In this document: piece after piece, positions 26,438 through 39,700 of the stretch
Position numbering within the stretch: position 1 is the stretch's first letter
Layout of the letters: every line of letters begins with the position of its first letter
Source of the DNA: Lepidodermella squamata
Taxonomy: Eukaryota; Animalia; Gastrotricha
Length of the DNA: 64,000 bases
Assembly: GCA_047495785.1 (NCBI GenBank)
Contig: JBLDXI010000056.1
Coordinates: 1-64,000, forward strand
Direction: 5' to 3'
Translations under genes and position numbers: made by a program
The notes under the pieces: generated by a model
What the model saw: the letters and a program-made list of their open reading frames with translations, nothing else
What the model was told of the DNA's origin: nothing
Database searches by the model: none

Positions 26438-27883
26438 ATGGCCATGAATGCGACCGATTCATTCATCATTAATTCCGCTTGGATTTTAGCCAATATTTCA
26501 GGCCGAGGGACAAATCAGCCCAGACTGTATTTCGTTGGTTGGTTCACAGATCTAACAGCTAAAAGCGTTGAAGATCGACTCAGCTACAGCTTTCCGTTTT
26601 TTATATCTCCATTTTTCGTCGTGATAACAAGCATTTTCAGCCTTTTCTGTTACCAGAGACGGAGGGTGAAACGAGACTTTTTGCTCCTCAACATCATCTT
26701 AGACGTGAGAAATTTTGTTATGGTCATCAACTTCGCGATCAGCTTCCTGATAGCTCTTCCGGATGGAAACTTCGATGCAGCCTATTGCCGGGTTTCTATG
26801 TGGATTTTGACTGCTCTCGGTCCGTTTGGCTGCTTTATGAACATGTTCATCAGCTACGAACGCCGCGTATGCGTCTTATCTGACTCGCCAAAATACAAAC
26901 CGAATACCGCGAAGGTGCGTTGGGAGAAACGAACCTGTTACATTTTCTGCCCATGCAGGAGTATCAATTAAATACAGTGACTTTGCTCGAAATTAGGAAC
27001 AGGTACTAACGAAGGCATTACGTATTTTATTATTTCGATTTCGGGTGATATAAGACTTTGAAAGTCTAGGATCAAGACACCTTACTCTCTCGTCTGCTCC
27101 GTCCATTAATCAAGTTCAGATAATTCAGCGCTATAAATCAGGAAATTAATTTCAGGGAAACTAGCAAATTGGCCAAAGGTACTTTAACTATCACTAAATG
27201 CCGCTACTTGCAAAGAGGAAATGATCTTTATGTTAGCTCGAATTTCATTCAACCTATGTATTCGCTTTTTTTAGCTTCTGGTCAAAGTCCTATCTTCGCT
27301 GCTGCTGTGCAGTTCTATTGCTCTGATATTAGTGATCCCGCCGTTCGACGTATTCTCTGCGCAAAACCTTTCCCTGTCATCGAAAGTTGTAAGGCCTTCC
27401 TTCCAGCGAATCTGCTCCCATTACGACTACCAGCTGAACAGTTATCTGGCTACGTCAATGCTCAACCTGGGATACTTCATCGGTATAGTCTCGGCAACGA
27501 CGTTAACACTTGCCATCAATTACAGAGCAATCTACCGCCGTATTCATGAAATTAACGCAAGATTGCTGGCGAACTGCTGTTTGGTTTCGAAAAGATCGAA
27601 ACTGGTTACGTGGCAAGACCGCGAGTTTTTCTTTGCCCAGCAATCCCTCGCGGCATTCCTCATGTATTCTGTATCGCATGTGCCAGCCTTTGTATCATTC
27701 GTGGCGCAGGCTTGTCCTGAAAGCTTTGGGCCATCGATTGCATCGAATGGGCTGCATAAAACTGCAATGTTGCTGGTTACTATTGAAATGAGCCTATCAG
27801 CTGCCCTAAAAACGCTGACGCCGGAGCAGTTTCGAAAAATAGTGATGTTCTTACGAAGATTTTCTTTTTCCGCGGAGAAATAA
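26438..27883 (+). CDS. Orphan class-A-like 7TM receptor, paralog 4; exons 26438-26914 and 27275-27883
   Basis: Same motifs and intron position as paralogs 1-3 (AAG|gtgcg...ttttag|CTT). Start may be 26438 or 26444. Confidence 0.85.
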
Positions 27884-28400
27884 ATTTTAAAATAAACTCT
27901 GCCATCGCATGATTTTATTGGCGAGCATCATCAGCTGTTGAGGAAAATTTTGAACTATTAAGCTATTGTCTCCTAGGACAATCTTGAAAAAAATATCAAT
28001 ATGTGGAGAGTTGTTGTCTGTTGTCTGATATAATTCAGTGCATGCAGTTTAGGTGCTCTCATTAGCCCGTTTTTTGCCGGCTCAGACAGCTCATCGTGAC
28101 AATCACCGGAAACAACCTGAATCCCTACAATGAAAAATTGTCTTCTGCTCAGCTCATTAAAAAAAGTAGCGCGCGTGTTTCACCAAACGTGAAAATGAAC
28201 AATTTTCTTGGCCTTCACTTGGCTTAAACTTGTTTATTGGAATTTAAGTCCAATTAAGTCCATGATTTTTGTTTCAGCACTTTTGTTTCAAGCCTGCTGT
28301 TAGCCTAAATTTGAGTTATTGTCCCGTTATTTTGGCTTCGAGTTGTTCAAAGTTCGAACACTTCCTGCGCCTATATTCCATAATTTTTTTACTATTTCCT

Positions 28401-28509
28401 CAGTGCTCGAAGTAGGATCCTCGAACTAGGGAGTATTTTCGGGCCCGAATTTCATGACCAAAGGTGTTAGGGGGTTTTCCACCTACTTGCCCCGTAGCTT
28501 CGTGAACTG
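28401..28509. mobile_element. Small hAT-type MITE upstream of lectin gene B
   Basis: CAGTGCTCGAAGTAGGATCC...CTTCGTGAACTG. Degenerate 8-bp TSD tatttcct/cttttcct. Confidence 0.55.
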
Positions 28510-28684
28510 CTTTTCCTAACGGGAAGTTTTCACGATTGTTAACCAAAGCAGAATTTAAAATCAATCAACCACATTGGAAAAAAGTGTTCGTTCGCTTGGA
28601 AAGTTTTAGCAGTTCTTACCAAAGGTATACCTATCACGGCTTACTCTCGGTGTTTTTTTTAGCAAATTTTCAGCATTCCTCATA

Positions 28685-31600
28685 ATGGCCTTGGACACAT
28701 ACATGCTTATGTTTGTTTTGCTGTTACCCTTGTGTGAAGCTGAGCCACTCTACAGTCGTTGCTTTTCCATCGCCAACAACAAGTTGATAGAATGCAAGAC
28801 ACCGCCCGGTTGCGATCCGCTTATTGCTTATCAGGTATTCCAAAGACTTTCCCTTTCATGCTGACGGTTTCATCGTCACATTAATTGTATTGCAGCTCGG
28901 CCTGATAACCAACTACGCTAATTGCTCTCAAGGCGTAAGGATTATGAAGCCTTATGCATGACTTTTTAGTAATTGCAATTTCACCATAGACCGCATTTTT
29001 ATGCTACAAACTTTCGACCTTCACTACGAGATGCACACCGGGAAGTGAGGCGTGCAAAGCGTCTCAAAGTGAAATCGAGGTTTGTTATTAGCCAAAACTA
29101 ATCTCAATCGCTCCAAATCATGAGTGCCAACAGATAAAGCGATTTAATGGCCAGTTGAAACTTGCTGCCAATCTCAATTTGTGCGAGGACGCTGCTGTCA
29201 ACGATTTACCGGTTGATGATTTTTTCCCCGTCACCGGGCCCAGATTTCTTTTACCGATCAGCATTATTTATTCTAGAATCGACAGTTCAGACAATGCAAG
29301 TCTGGAACAGTGGTAGCCACATGCGTTCCAAATGACAAACCTTGCCCATCAACAGCTCCGGTAAGTCTTCACCCATATTTATCTTCATTCAATGTGTTTT
29401 GCCGCTTTATTAGAACAATGGAACTGTTTACAGCACCCTGCAAAACTGTCTGTCTAACAGCGGACGTAAGTCTAAGAGAAAAAATGGATTTGTTAAGCTA
29501 TGCCTGCTGCTTTATCTAGTTAAAGTCCCTGATAGTGAAAAGCCTCAAATTCGATGCTTCAAAACAGCCAGCAAGGACTTTGCCGATTGCCGCCTCCAAG
29601 GAGCCGGCTGCTTCAGCGGCGAAACAACGACGATTTATTCGAACAAGATCTTTGCTAACAGAGACAATTGTTTATCGGGCGTAAGTTTTTTGATGATCAG
29701 ATAAGCAACTGAAGAGGCGGGAGAAATGTTGAGGTAAAAGGTTTTACTGTGTCGCTTCTTGTCATACGAAGGTTGCTGTGCAGTGTGACCTTGGTACTGC
29801 AAAAGTCTGCCGAGATTTCTGCCCCACGCAATCACGGGTACTTATTCATGTAACTTGAAATATGTGCCCATCTAATGTTTCTGTTCCATTTTAATCCAGG
29901 TCAAAACTTACCAATCAAATGCGACCTTCGCTCTTAACTACGGCACCTGCTTGATCGACATCGCAAGTACGTTTTTGAAATTCTTTTCACAACCGAGCGA
30001 CAGATCATCTCATAATTTACTTTTTATCACAAGGGCAAATCTGAGTATCTGTTGCTTTTGTCTCTTCTTTTAGGATGCACGAAGCAGTGTCTCAACGGTG
30101 GTAACTGCACAACCGGGAACATGTGCTCCTGCCCTCCCCAATATACCGGCGAGCTGTGCGAAACTCGTGAGTTATTGATTAGCCACGAGATAGCTAACGA
30201 AGCTCCAATTTGTTAACCTCACCGCAGGTGTATGCTCTCCTGCTTGTCTGAATGGCGGCACGTGCTCGTCGAATTTCACATGCGAGTGTGGCCCAACTTG
30301 GCTCGGTGCCAGTTGTGAAATAGGTTTGGCTCTCCACGTTCTAAATTGATATCATTCTTTCATGTTTTACAGCTAAATACTCCCTCAGCAATAGTACAAC
30401 GTACCCCGCTGGCGCTAAGAGTTGTTTCGACCGTGGCGGCCGCGCTGCCGTCATTAGAACTCCTGAAGACTTCACTCGTGCCCTATCGATCGCCAGTTCG
30501 ACGCCGTTCTATGTCGGACTGACGCCACTGTTCCGCTTTCTTGACAACTCCATCATGAATTTGATGCCGGTTCCATTTGTCAGGCCTCTTGGCGACGCTT
30601 CAGGTCCATGTAAGCTTCGTAAATTATTTTCTTATTAACTTCGATAGAAAATGCCTCTAACAGGTGGTTACATAACCGGCTCGTCGTCCATTACCGATGA
30701 AGTAACATTCAGCTCACGAGCCTGTTCAGACAACAGCCGCGTAGTTCTCTGCCAAGATGCGACAACTGTAAACACCTTTTTTGAATTCCCAATTGATTGT
30801 TGGGAAACGAGTGTTTTTTCTGAAATTAGACCTTATAGATTAAGATTAGTCGCTGCCTTGAAACCTCCGTTTTTTGTTTGTATAGCTTGCTGTAACGATC
30901 TACATACTGAACAACACATTTGATGGTGCAAACTCGTTCTGTCAGGCCCGCAGTTTGCGAATGCTGTTTTTGAAAACTCAGAACGACTACGACGCCGCCC
31001 GTGTGCTTCTCTACAACAACTATTTTGATGGAATTTTCGCTTACGTTGGAGTAAAGCGGGCTTCGACAGCTCCATTCTACGTCTGGTCTAATCAACAGCC
31101 CTATGAAAATGGGACCGTTTTACCATCGTCCAATGCTAATCAACAAGGCCTTACCGACCTCAACCTGTGTATGGAAATTTCACGCGGGTTAGCAGTATTT
31201 CAATTCATTTTTAAACAGGTACCCAGATGACGAGCAACGGGTCGTTTGTCTCTTCACCCTGCATGGCTGAAAACAGCGTGCTGTGCGAGTTATTCACAGG
31301 TTCGATTATCAATGCGTTGTTAAGGCTTAACGTCAACCTTTTACAGCTACTTGTGATCCCCCGTGTTCCAATGGCGGCAGCTGCATAGATACTAATACTT
31401 GTCTTTGCTCGAGCATGTTTATAGGCCAAAGATGCGAAACCAGTATGTACTCTTTTGGATCGTTATCGTTCACGGAATTATTTTCGTATTTTTCACTAGG
31501 TCGTTACTTCATTGCGGCTGGAGGTGTGGGTTTGTACATGAACCGATTGAGAGCATGCCAGGCCCAAGGTGGGACCCCTGCTGTTTTCAGGGCAGAGGAC

Positions 31601-32507
31601 GGCGGTCTCTCTCAGGTGCTGCCCCAAGTGGCGGGTGGCGCTGGCGTGTTTACAGGCTTTGTTGGGTCTTTCATATGGTCGAATGGAGCTCCAGTCGACT
31701 GGGCACTCGAGCCTAGCTGGTATCAAGGAGAACCCAACGGAGGCGGTTCTTGTAAGCTAGCCCCGGCGAATTTTGTATTACAGAAAACAAGTATTCTCGT
31801 TTCCCATGTGAAAGGTATGACATTATATAACGCTGGGTCGCAGTATGGCTTTGACGACAGGGACTGCTTTTCAATTATGACAACTGTCAGCAAAATTGCC
31901 TGTGCCAATCCACTAACGGTAAGGTTTTTCCACGTTTTATAATATCGGATCGGATTCTACAGGGCGTTCGCGTAATAATACTCTTCCAAAAATAGCTTTG
32001 CTCCTTTTTGCATGCATTTTTACTTTTTTGCAGCTATTTGTAGCTAACCCAGAGTATCATTTCGCAAACGCCCTGTACATTTCTCTATGTCTCGAATGAT
32101 CCTTGCGTTTAGGGGGCAATTACCGTAGAATCAACGACAAGCATGACCTGGGAGGACGCTAACACGTTGTGCCTATCTCACGGAAAGCAGCTGCCTATCG
32201 CTTCCAGCACTGCATCGATGGCTGCTATTGCTGCCCTGGTCGCTCCTGGTAGTGGTCATATTTACATTGGGGGCAAGCGACGTACAAGCCCGACATTCCA
32301 TTGGTTCCGCACTGGTGAGCATCCGGAATTCCAGGTTTACGGCACCCAAACTGCTCTGTGTTAGTCAAAGCATTTCGGCTTAATCCAGTAGTAATCCATG
32401 TGATTTCGTTTTTTTCAGGTACTACTTTCCTCACAAACTGGTTCTATGGCAGACTATGCCAAAACGCAACAAATTCGATCGTCTGCGAGCGTGTTATTAT
32501 GCCGTAA
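28685..32507 (+). CDS. Secreted multidomain protein B (paralog of A): five 4-Cys modules, three EGF, four CTLD-like domains
   Basis: MALDTYMLMFVLLLPLCEAEPLYSRCFS... Same exon boundaries and phases as gene A. TAA at 32505-32507. No TM segment seen. Confidence 0.87.
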
Positions 32508-32981
32508 CATCAACCATGAACAACTAACAATTTCATGATATGGATTTATTAAGTTGAACTATTTTCAACTTGCGTTTGGGCGTTTGCGGATTAAAAAATA
32601 ATATCCGCTTTTATCCGCAGCTGAGAAGGATACGAGGAAGTAAACATATTCATTAAATACCATTTTTGATGAAACGAAGCGCTATTGTTAATTTGTGTGT
32701 TGGCAGCTTAGCTTAGATACAATTATAAATCTGCGAGAATTCGCCAAAAGATGGATGCACGCACGAGGAATCGAACTACCATGTATAAAAACACCACAAC
32801 ACAAAAACAAAAAAGTACAAAACAGTAACAATATATCCAACGCATGTCCCGATGGCGCAAAAACGGTGCATCACCGGTAAAATTGGCCGGCGCCATTCGT
32901 TCCGTCATGATTAGCTACCTCCACGGTCGACTCGGTGACATATTTAACCGAAAAATTCGAAAATAAACTTCTCGTTTCAAC

Positions 32982-33027
32982 ATGAACAAGATCCTTCTTC
33001 TCACTCACTGCGGTGGTAAGTTTCACC
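32982..33027 (+). pseudogene. Orphan exon-1 remnant of the secreted prepro-peptide family
   Basis: tttcaacATGAACAAGATCCTTCTTCTCACT...gtggtaagtttcac matches exon 1 and the donor of 42161 and 45649. One extra base, and no family exon 2 follows. Confidence 0.55.
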
Positions 33028-33751
33028 CACTTCATCACGGCGCGGAAAATACTACCGCAGCAACCTTTGCGCAATCTTTTAAGCGATAGTGCAGTCAATG
33101 AGCAATCATTGAGCAATCATTATGCACTCATAAAGCATTCGTGTAGCGAACGTTGAGCATTTTGAGCAGTGTTTACATTAGCCATAAATCTGGATGAAAT
33201 CGTTCGAACCTGTGGAAACCGGCATCCCATTTCCGAGATGTTTTCAATTATTTTCAAAAATTCACCTGGGTGGCAAAGTAAGGAAACCCCAAAAAGTAGC
33301 CGAATTTAGGGCTCAGTGCTCTAGCTTTTTCTAATTTCGATTGTATTTTTTGCCGCATGATTATAAGCGTCATCACGGGCGCTTGAACAACAATTCATTT
33401 TTATTCGTCGAACTTGCTCTTTCCATGCTGTGTGACACAATCAAATAAACACGCTTTTTCATCAGATAATTAAATTTGTTAAACATGAAAATATCTTCAT
33501 CATCATCGTAACATTCATGAATAGGTATAGTTCATGGCTGCTCGCAGTTGTTGATCTATCCGCTTGTTATATTATTAGTATTTCAATAATAGCAATAACA
33601 TTCAATTCGTCGTCATTTCACGCTTCATCATCGTCATCATCGGGGTTAAAAGGCGACAAGAAAAATAAACGAAAACAGAAAGAAGTGAAACGCAAATACT
33701 TATAGCAATGTAAATAATAGCAACTGAAGTGTCTCTTCGCGACGATCGGTT

Positions 33752-36700
33752 TCACTCGGGCACCGGCGCCATGGCGTTGGCGCCGCTTTGCATCTCGCTC
33801 GGCGGCACGAACGTGAAGCCTTTGAACTCGTTGGCGTAGCTCGACGCCGGGTCGGGCGCGTCGTTTTCAGCCACGACCGAAGCTGGAATATTCTAGAAGC
33901 ACAAAACAATAGGACAGAAATTATTGAAAAGAAATGAAAGTTATTAAATTCCTCGATTGCTCTCAAAATTTCAAATTCCAGAGGAAGTTCTGAAATGCGG
34001 ATGATTTTATGTGGTTCAATTCTTCATTCAGAAAATTTGGGGAGACAGTCCAAACCGGACAAATTTTGAAGTCAAAGTCTGGACGAGGCCTAAAGGTCCA
34101 GTTTACAGTTACAGCAAAATGCTAGGCAGATCTCTGTAAAGACAATTCATTTACAGTAACAACGTAAAACAGGTATACAATTTAAAAAAAAATTCAAAAT
34201 TTGTTAAGAGACCACCATATTCACCTCTAAATTCATCATCAGTTTTTGTAATAAAAAATCCAGGAAAAATCCAAGAAATTAGCTCACATCTTAAACGTTG
34301 TACACGATCGTTAATTCGTTCATTATTCATGATTCTAAGAATGATTTGGCTTACCTGTGTTGTGAACTCGGCGTCGATGTTGGACGTATCGTGGGCGCCG
34401 GAGACTTGCGGCTTGAACGGCGGATTTAACGTTTTCTTGACGATTTTCTCCCAGTTGATCGACGAGAAGAATGGATGGCTTTGGATTTCCTAAATAAAAA
34501 ACAACAAAGCCAAATTATTAACGCAAAATATTCCCGAAAGAAATGAAAAATGAGAAAGAAAAAGAGAAATCTTAAAATCTTTGAAATCAGTTTGGAAAAA
34601 TGTTGCGAAAGCTCCTGATTCATAGAAAAAATGCATTCCAGCAAATGAACTCAATATAAAATTTTAATTTATTTCAATTCAAAGTTATTGAAAATAACAA
34701 AAACGAATATTTCATTTTAAATCGCTTTGGAAAAAAATTCGATTTTTTTTATAATTTCTCAGAATTTTTTAGAATTTTTTTTAGGAATTGGAAGTTTCGA
34801 TTTGAAATCAACTTTAGAGCAAAATTACAAACAGTTAATTTGATTAATTTGATTGATTGAAATTGATTGTCGATTTTTCGATCCGATGTTCATGTAGACT
34901 TACGACAACGTCCTTGGACGAGCCCATGCGCGTGAGCGGGTCCTTGTCGAGCAGGCCCGTCAGCAAGTTCTTGGCATCGCTGGGCAGGCCGACGGCGACC
35001 GGGAACGACAGCGTGTCGTTCAGAATCGAGTTGTACATTTTCTGGTGGTCGCGGCTGTAGAAGGGCGGCAGGCCGCACAGCATCTCGAAGAGCACGCAGC
35101 CGAGGCACCACCAGTCGACGGCGCGCGTGTACCGCTCCTTGCGCAGCACCTCCGGCGCCAGGTACTCGGGCGTGCCGCAGAACGTGCCGGCGATGTCGCC
35201 CTCGCGGCACAGCCCGAAGTCCGTCAGCACGATGTGCCCGTCGCTGTCCAGCAAAATGTTCTCAGGCTAGAAAGAGACGGAAAAAATGTAAAAAATAATT
35301 CAAATAAATTCCAAGGCGGTGAATGAATTCACGGTAAGCCCATCGCGCGCACGAAATTCAGGGTTCTGATACTGATCGAAATTATTGAATGTTCGATGCC
35401 ATGAAATCGAATTTACGAATTTTCAAGAAAATGAAGGAAATAGGCGGAAAATCGACACCCGTACGCTATAACAGGGGCTCATACGAATTGCTATCATTTT
35501 TGAAGTCACTGAAAATTTCAATTGCGCTAGTTTTCGAATATTTATTCATCCAAATGAATTCGTAAGCCAAGCTGATGGAAGTTCTGTTTGAAAGAATTCA
35601 AAAAGCTAAATTTGTATTCAATTGCCGGTGAAGCCTGTTAAGTCAGATCTCGCAGGCAAAATAGCTGCGATGGGTTGTGAATTTTGAATTTTAAACTATG
35701 ATCATGGATTGCTCAATGGAAATTGAGTCCAAGGGTAGGAATTTCACCTTGTTCACAAAAATCACTCATTCGTTAAATCCATAAAAAAAGTTGTTACTTA
35801 TGTTAAAAATCAGTCTTACAAGGTTTCTTTCAGTTGAAATCTCTTCAAATTTCCTGGTACTTGAATTTCAATGATATTCCCATAATTACAAATTTTCAAA
35901 AATTAAGATATCATAAAAACACCCAGAAACCCAAAAACCAACTCCGTTAAGGAATCTCGCTTAATCTGCATATTTTTCATTTGAAAAGATGGAATTTCAT
36001 TGCCAGGAAACCAAATTCAAGAGTTGGAACCAAAATCTCATTTTCAAATCATTTTCAAATGATGATCAAGTCGTGTTCTTAAAGTGATAGCCAGGCCTCA
36101 TACTTGAAAATCGCGGAAAACTTGATGGTAATTTATTATATTCAATTATTTTAATCGTGAAATTCTAGAAAATTTAGTAAATGCATTTCGGGCGATCGAT
36201 TCAATTACTGAAAGTTGGTTCCGCAACATCAGACAATTTTGGTAAAAACAGATGACATAGCTATGATTCGCCTTACTTTGAGGTCGCGGTAGATGATGGT
36301 TTGCGAGTGCAGGAAGCCGAGCGCCGTCGCGATTTCGGCCGCGTAGAAGCGCGCCCGTTCGATCGAGAAGCGGCGGTCGCGCTGCAGGTGGTGGAACAGC
36401 TCGCCGCCGTTGATGAAGTCGAGCACGAAGTAGAGCTTGTCGCGCGTCTGGAACGCATAGTGCAGCTTCACGAGGAACGGGTGCTCCTTGTTCTTCTGCA
36501 GAATCGACCGCTCAGCCATCACGTGCCGCACCTAATAACAACAATTCAGGATAAAAAATTGAACACATTTCAATTTCAAATTTTTTATTTTTTAGCCTTT
36601 TAAAAAAATAAATGGAGATTTATAAATTTAATTAAAGGTATTATCATCTCCAGATAATGACTAAATATTGTGCATAAAATTGAATTTTATGAATTGATAT

Positions 36701-39700
36701 CAAACGATGAGTTTCATCCCTACTAGTTCGTTGCCAACATTTTCAAATGTATGAGACTGGTCATAACGGCGCCAGTTTCATGAAATACAAAGACAAACGA
36801 ATTGTTCACATGCTGAAAACGTGCCACTTGCCAAAGTTGTAGGCAACAGGCAAGAAAAGCTGCGACAGATCAGATCAAAATAATTCCATCATTTGCCTAC
36901 AACCAACTGCGGGATTGATAACTCATCCGATCAAGTCTCATTCTAAAGTGAAAACAGGGCGCGAGAAATCGTGTACACACCGAACAATGTTGACGTTTAC
37001 GCTGAACTTCTGGAAACTATTAAGGAGGCTGACAAAAGTTGGTACGAGGCTCTTCTGGCATTACAAGAAAGGTGGCGACCAGACTTCACGGAGAAAGCTT
37101 CATCCCAAAGAACTGGCACTCAGTCGGAATCGAAATTTCGAGAAATGAGCAAGGCTGCGAAAACAAAAGCTCAGCGTTATTTGCCCACTGGTCTGGAAGT
37201 CTTGCCCACGGTGATCCTCAGCGATGCTTCTCAATCAATCAATGGTGCTTCCAGCTAGCCTCCATCTCGCGGGAGGTTTGTTATTCACACGATGCATTGA
37301 TGATCCCTACCTCAGGGCTGCATTTTCACCTTGATTCTATTATGCATCAGCCATGTTGTGAAAGCTATTTCTATCTGGTTCGGTAATTCGCTTTCCACAA
37401 ATGCTTTGGAATAGCAAAAGTAAGTCAATCCATCTACTTTCTGATTATTCGACCTCGGAAGTGAACGAACTCTCAAACACTTTTTCTACCAAGCTGAAAC
37501 AAATTTCGCCCTGACACAAATTTTAGACACGACTGCGTTCTTGTCCGGCTCATTTTTGCTGACGATGGAGAGATTAAAATGCTCTGCAAAGACCTATGTC
37601 CGCACCCTCAACATCACCTGCTATTTGCGCCAGCACACTGCCTCTCTGTTCAGCGGCATCGACCAAAGCCGACCAAACTTACATATACCGCCCGTTTCGA
37701 TCCTAGCCTGTTGCCGCCTATCACGTGATCGGACGCCTAACTTGCGTACCTGCCTCTGTCCATTTTACTGCATTGCTTCGTCATCGTTAGAACCCGGTCA
37801 CGCCGTAAAAATGCGAGACGTTGGGCATATCGCATTATGCGCTGACTCTCTTCCATTATGTCTGACGAAATTACTTAATTCGATTTAAAATCAATTTTTT
37901 ATGAATCTAAAAATCACTCGTAATTTTGAGCTACAAGTAGCCAATTTATCTCCAATATATCTGGTAAAATTCTCATACAGGTCGGGTCCCAGTTAGAGGT
38001 GGCTCGATTAGACAATGAATGAAAAATCAAAATATCGGAAAAATGTGGCGCTCGACCTCTCGTGTAAATTACTTTTCACGAACTCCAAGCCTTAAGTTTG
38101 AAATCGATCTGAATGCTCGATATTCGTTCGATTTACAGCTAATCATGAATAATAATAATATTAAATTTGCTGCTATTTTCTCAACGTTAATAGATTTTTC
38201 GATTTTAAATTTATAAAATCGGTTTTACAAAGAATAGGGGTCTTCCTATTACCGGACGAACCAAATTTACAGTGAACGGAACCAAATTTGCAGTATCGGA
38301 ACCAAATTTGCTGTTAGTGGAACCAAATTTTAGAATTTTCTAGTGGCCTGAAATCGTTTGTCGGCTATTTATTGCATGTCAAAACTGGCTCTAATAATTA
38401 TAGAAAATTCACCAGTGAATTTAGCGCAACATTCTCTATAACACGCACTGTTCACTTCAGAATTCATGCTTAGCCTAAAATTCTTAGAAATATTCAAAAA
38501 ATGACTCTTGGCATATTTCGAGTTTGGTTCCGCAAAAAGCAAATTTGGTTCCGCTACAGCATATTTGGTTCCGACACAGCAAATTTGGTTCTGCTCACTG
38601 TAAATTTGGTTCCGCTAAAAGATATTCCCAAAGAATAGGATTAGACTTAAAAACCAACCTCTCGCCGCTGCACGACGTCGCGTTTGTCGATGACCTTGAC
38701 AGCGTACAGTTTCCGCTCGAGCAAATGCTCGGCCTGCAGAACCTTCGCGAACGATCCCTTGCCGACCATTTTGATGAACCGGAAATCGCTCGGCGTCGCC
38801 TTTTTACGCTCGTACGCGCCCAAGTTGATCAGCTCGGGCTCTTCGTCGTCGAGCATACCGTCCGCTGATGACACATTCGAAGTGTCCAGATCAGTCTCAA
38901 CCTGAAGAGAAATTCAAAAAATTATAAAAAAATTCGATTTCAATCAACGGCCATCAGGAGCATCGCCGGAAAATTTTCAAATGAGAAACAAAAGATCGAA
39001 TTTTCCAGGATTTTATCACATAAAAGTAAAAAATGGAAAAACGTCGAAGAATTTTCCCGTTTGGTTCGACATGCATAAATTTTTTCATCGAAAAATTAAA
39101 ATTTAAAAATGTCTCCCCAGTCGAATAGAGAATAGAAATCTGATTTCGATAATAAGGAAAGTTCCCTAAAAACTAAAGATTACAGATAACAATGTAACCT
39201 AATCAAATTTGACCCATTTCATAAAAATTAATAAGCTACAAATTAGGAAAAATTAAGCATTTTTTTCCAAAATATTATTTCATACCTTGAGGAATGATCG
39301 GACGCTGTCGAGTGCAACCAAGCGTGAATCGGCCATGAGCGCGTTCAGAAATTCGTTGAGGGTAGCTCGGCGTTGCGCAATCAACTGCGCCTCGCCGCGC
39401 GGCAACAGCGTACTCAGCCGGGAAGGAAATTTATTCGATACGGCCTTGTTGATTTTTTTCACTTCTTCACAAATTTTGGCGAATTCTGAAAACCGCCGAT
39501 CGACCTGCCAGGATTCACCTGTGCTGGTTGTCACGCTAACGACATACACCTGTATAAAAAACAGAGCAAAATTAATTAAAAATTTGAATAATTTAAAAAA
39601 TGAAGATCTAAAACTTAAAAAATAGCAGTTAATCTGGAAAAATAATTTTAGAATTTTTAGAAATTATAGAAATTATACCTACAATTTTTCCAATAATTTA

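Noticed and set aside
862-27883. 7TM genes as opsins
   Set aside because: Position 7.43, counted from the NPxxY-equivalent, is Thr rather than Lys. The nearby HK lysine is not conserved in paralog 3.
34857-36603. Overlapping alternative-frame and antisense ORFs on the kinase exons
   Set aside because: Expected by-product of very high GC3, which depletes stop codons.
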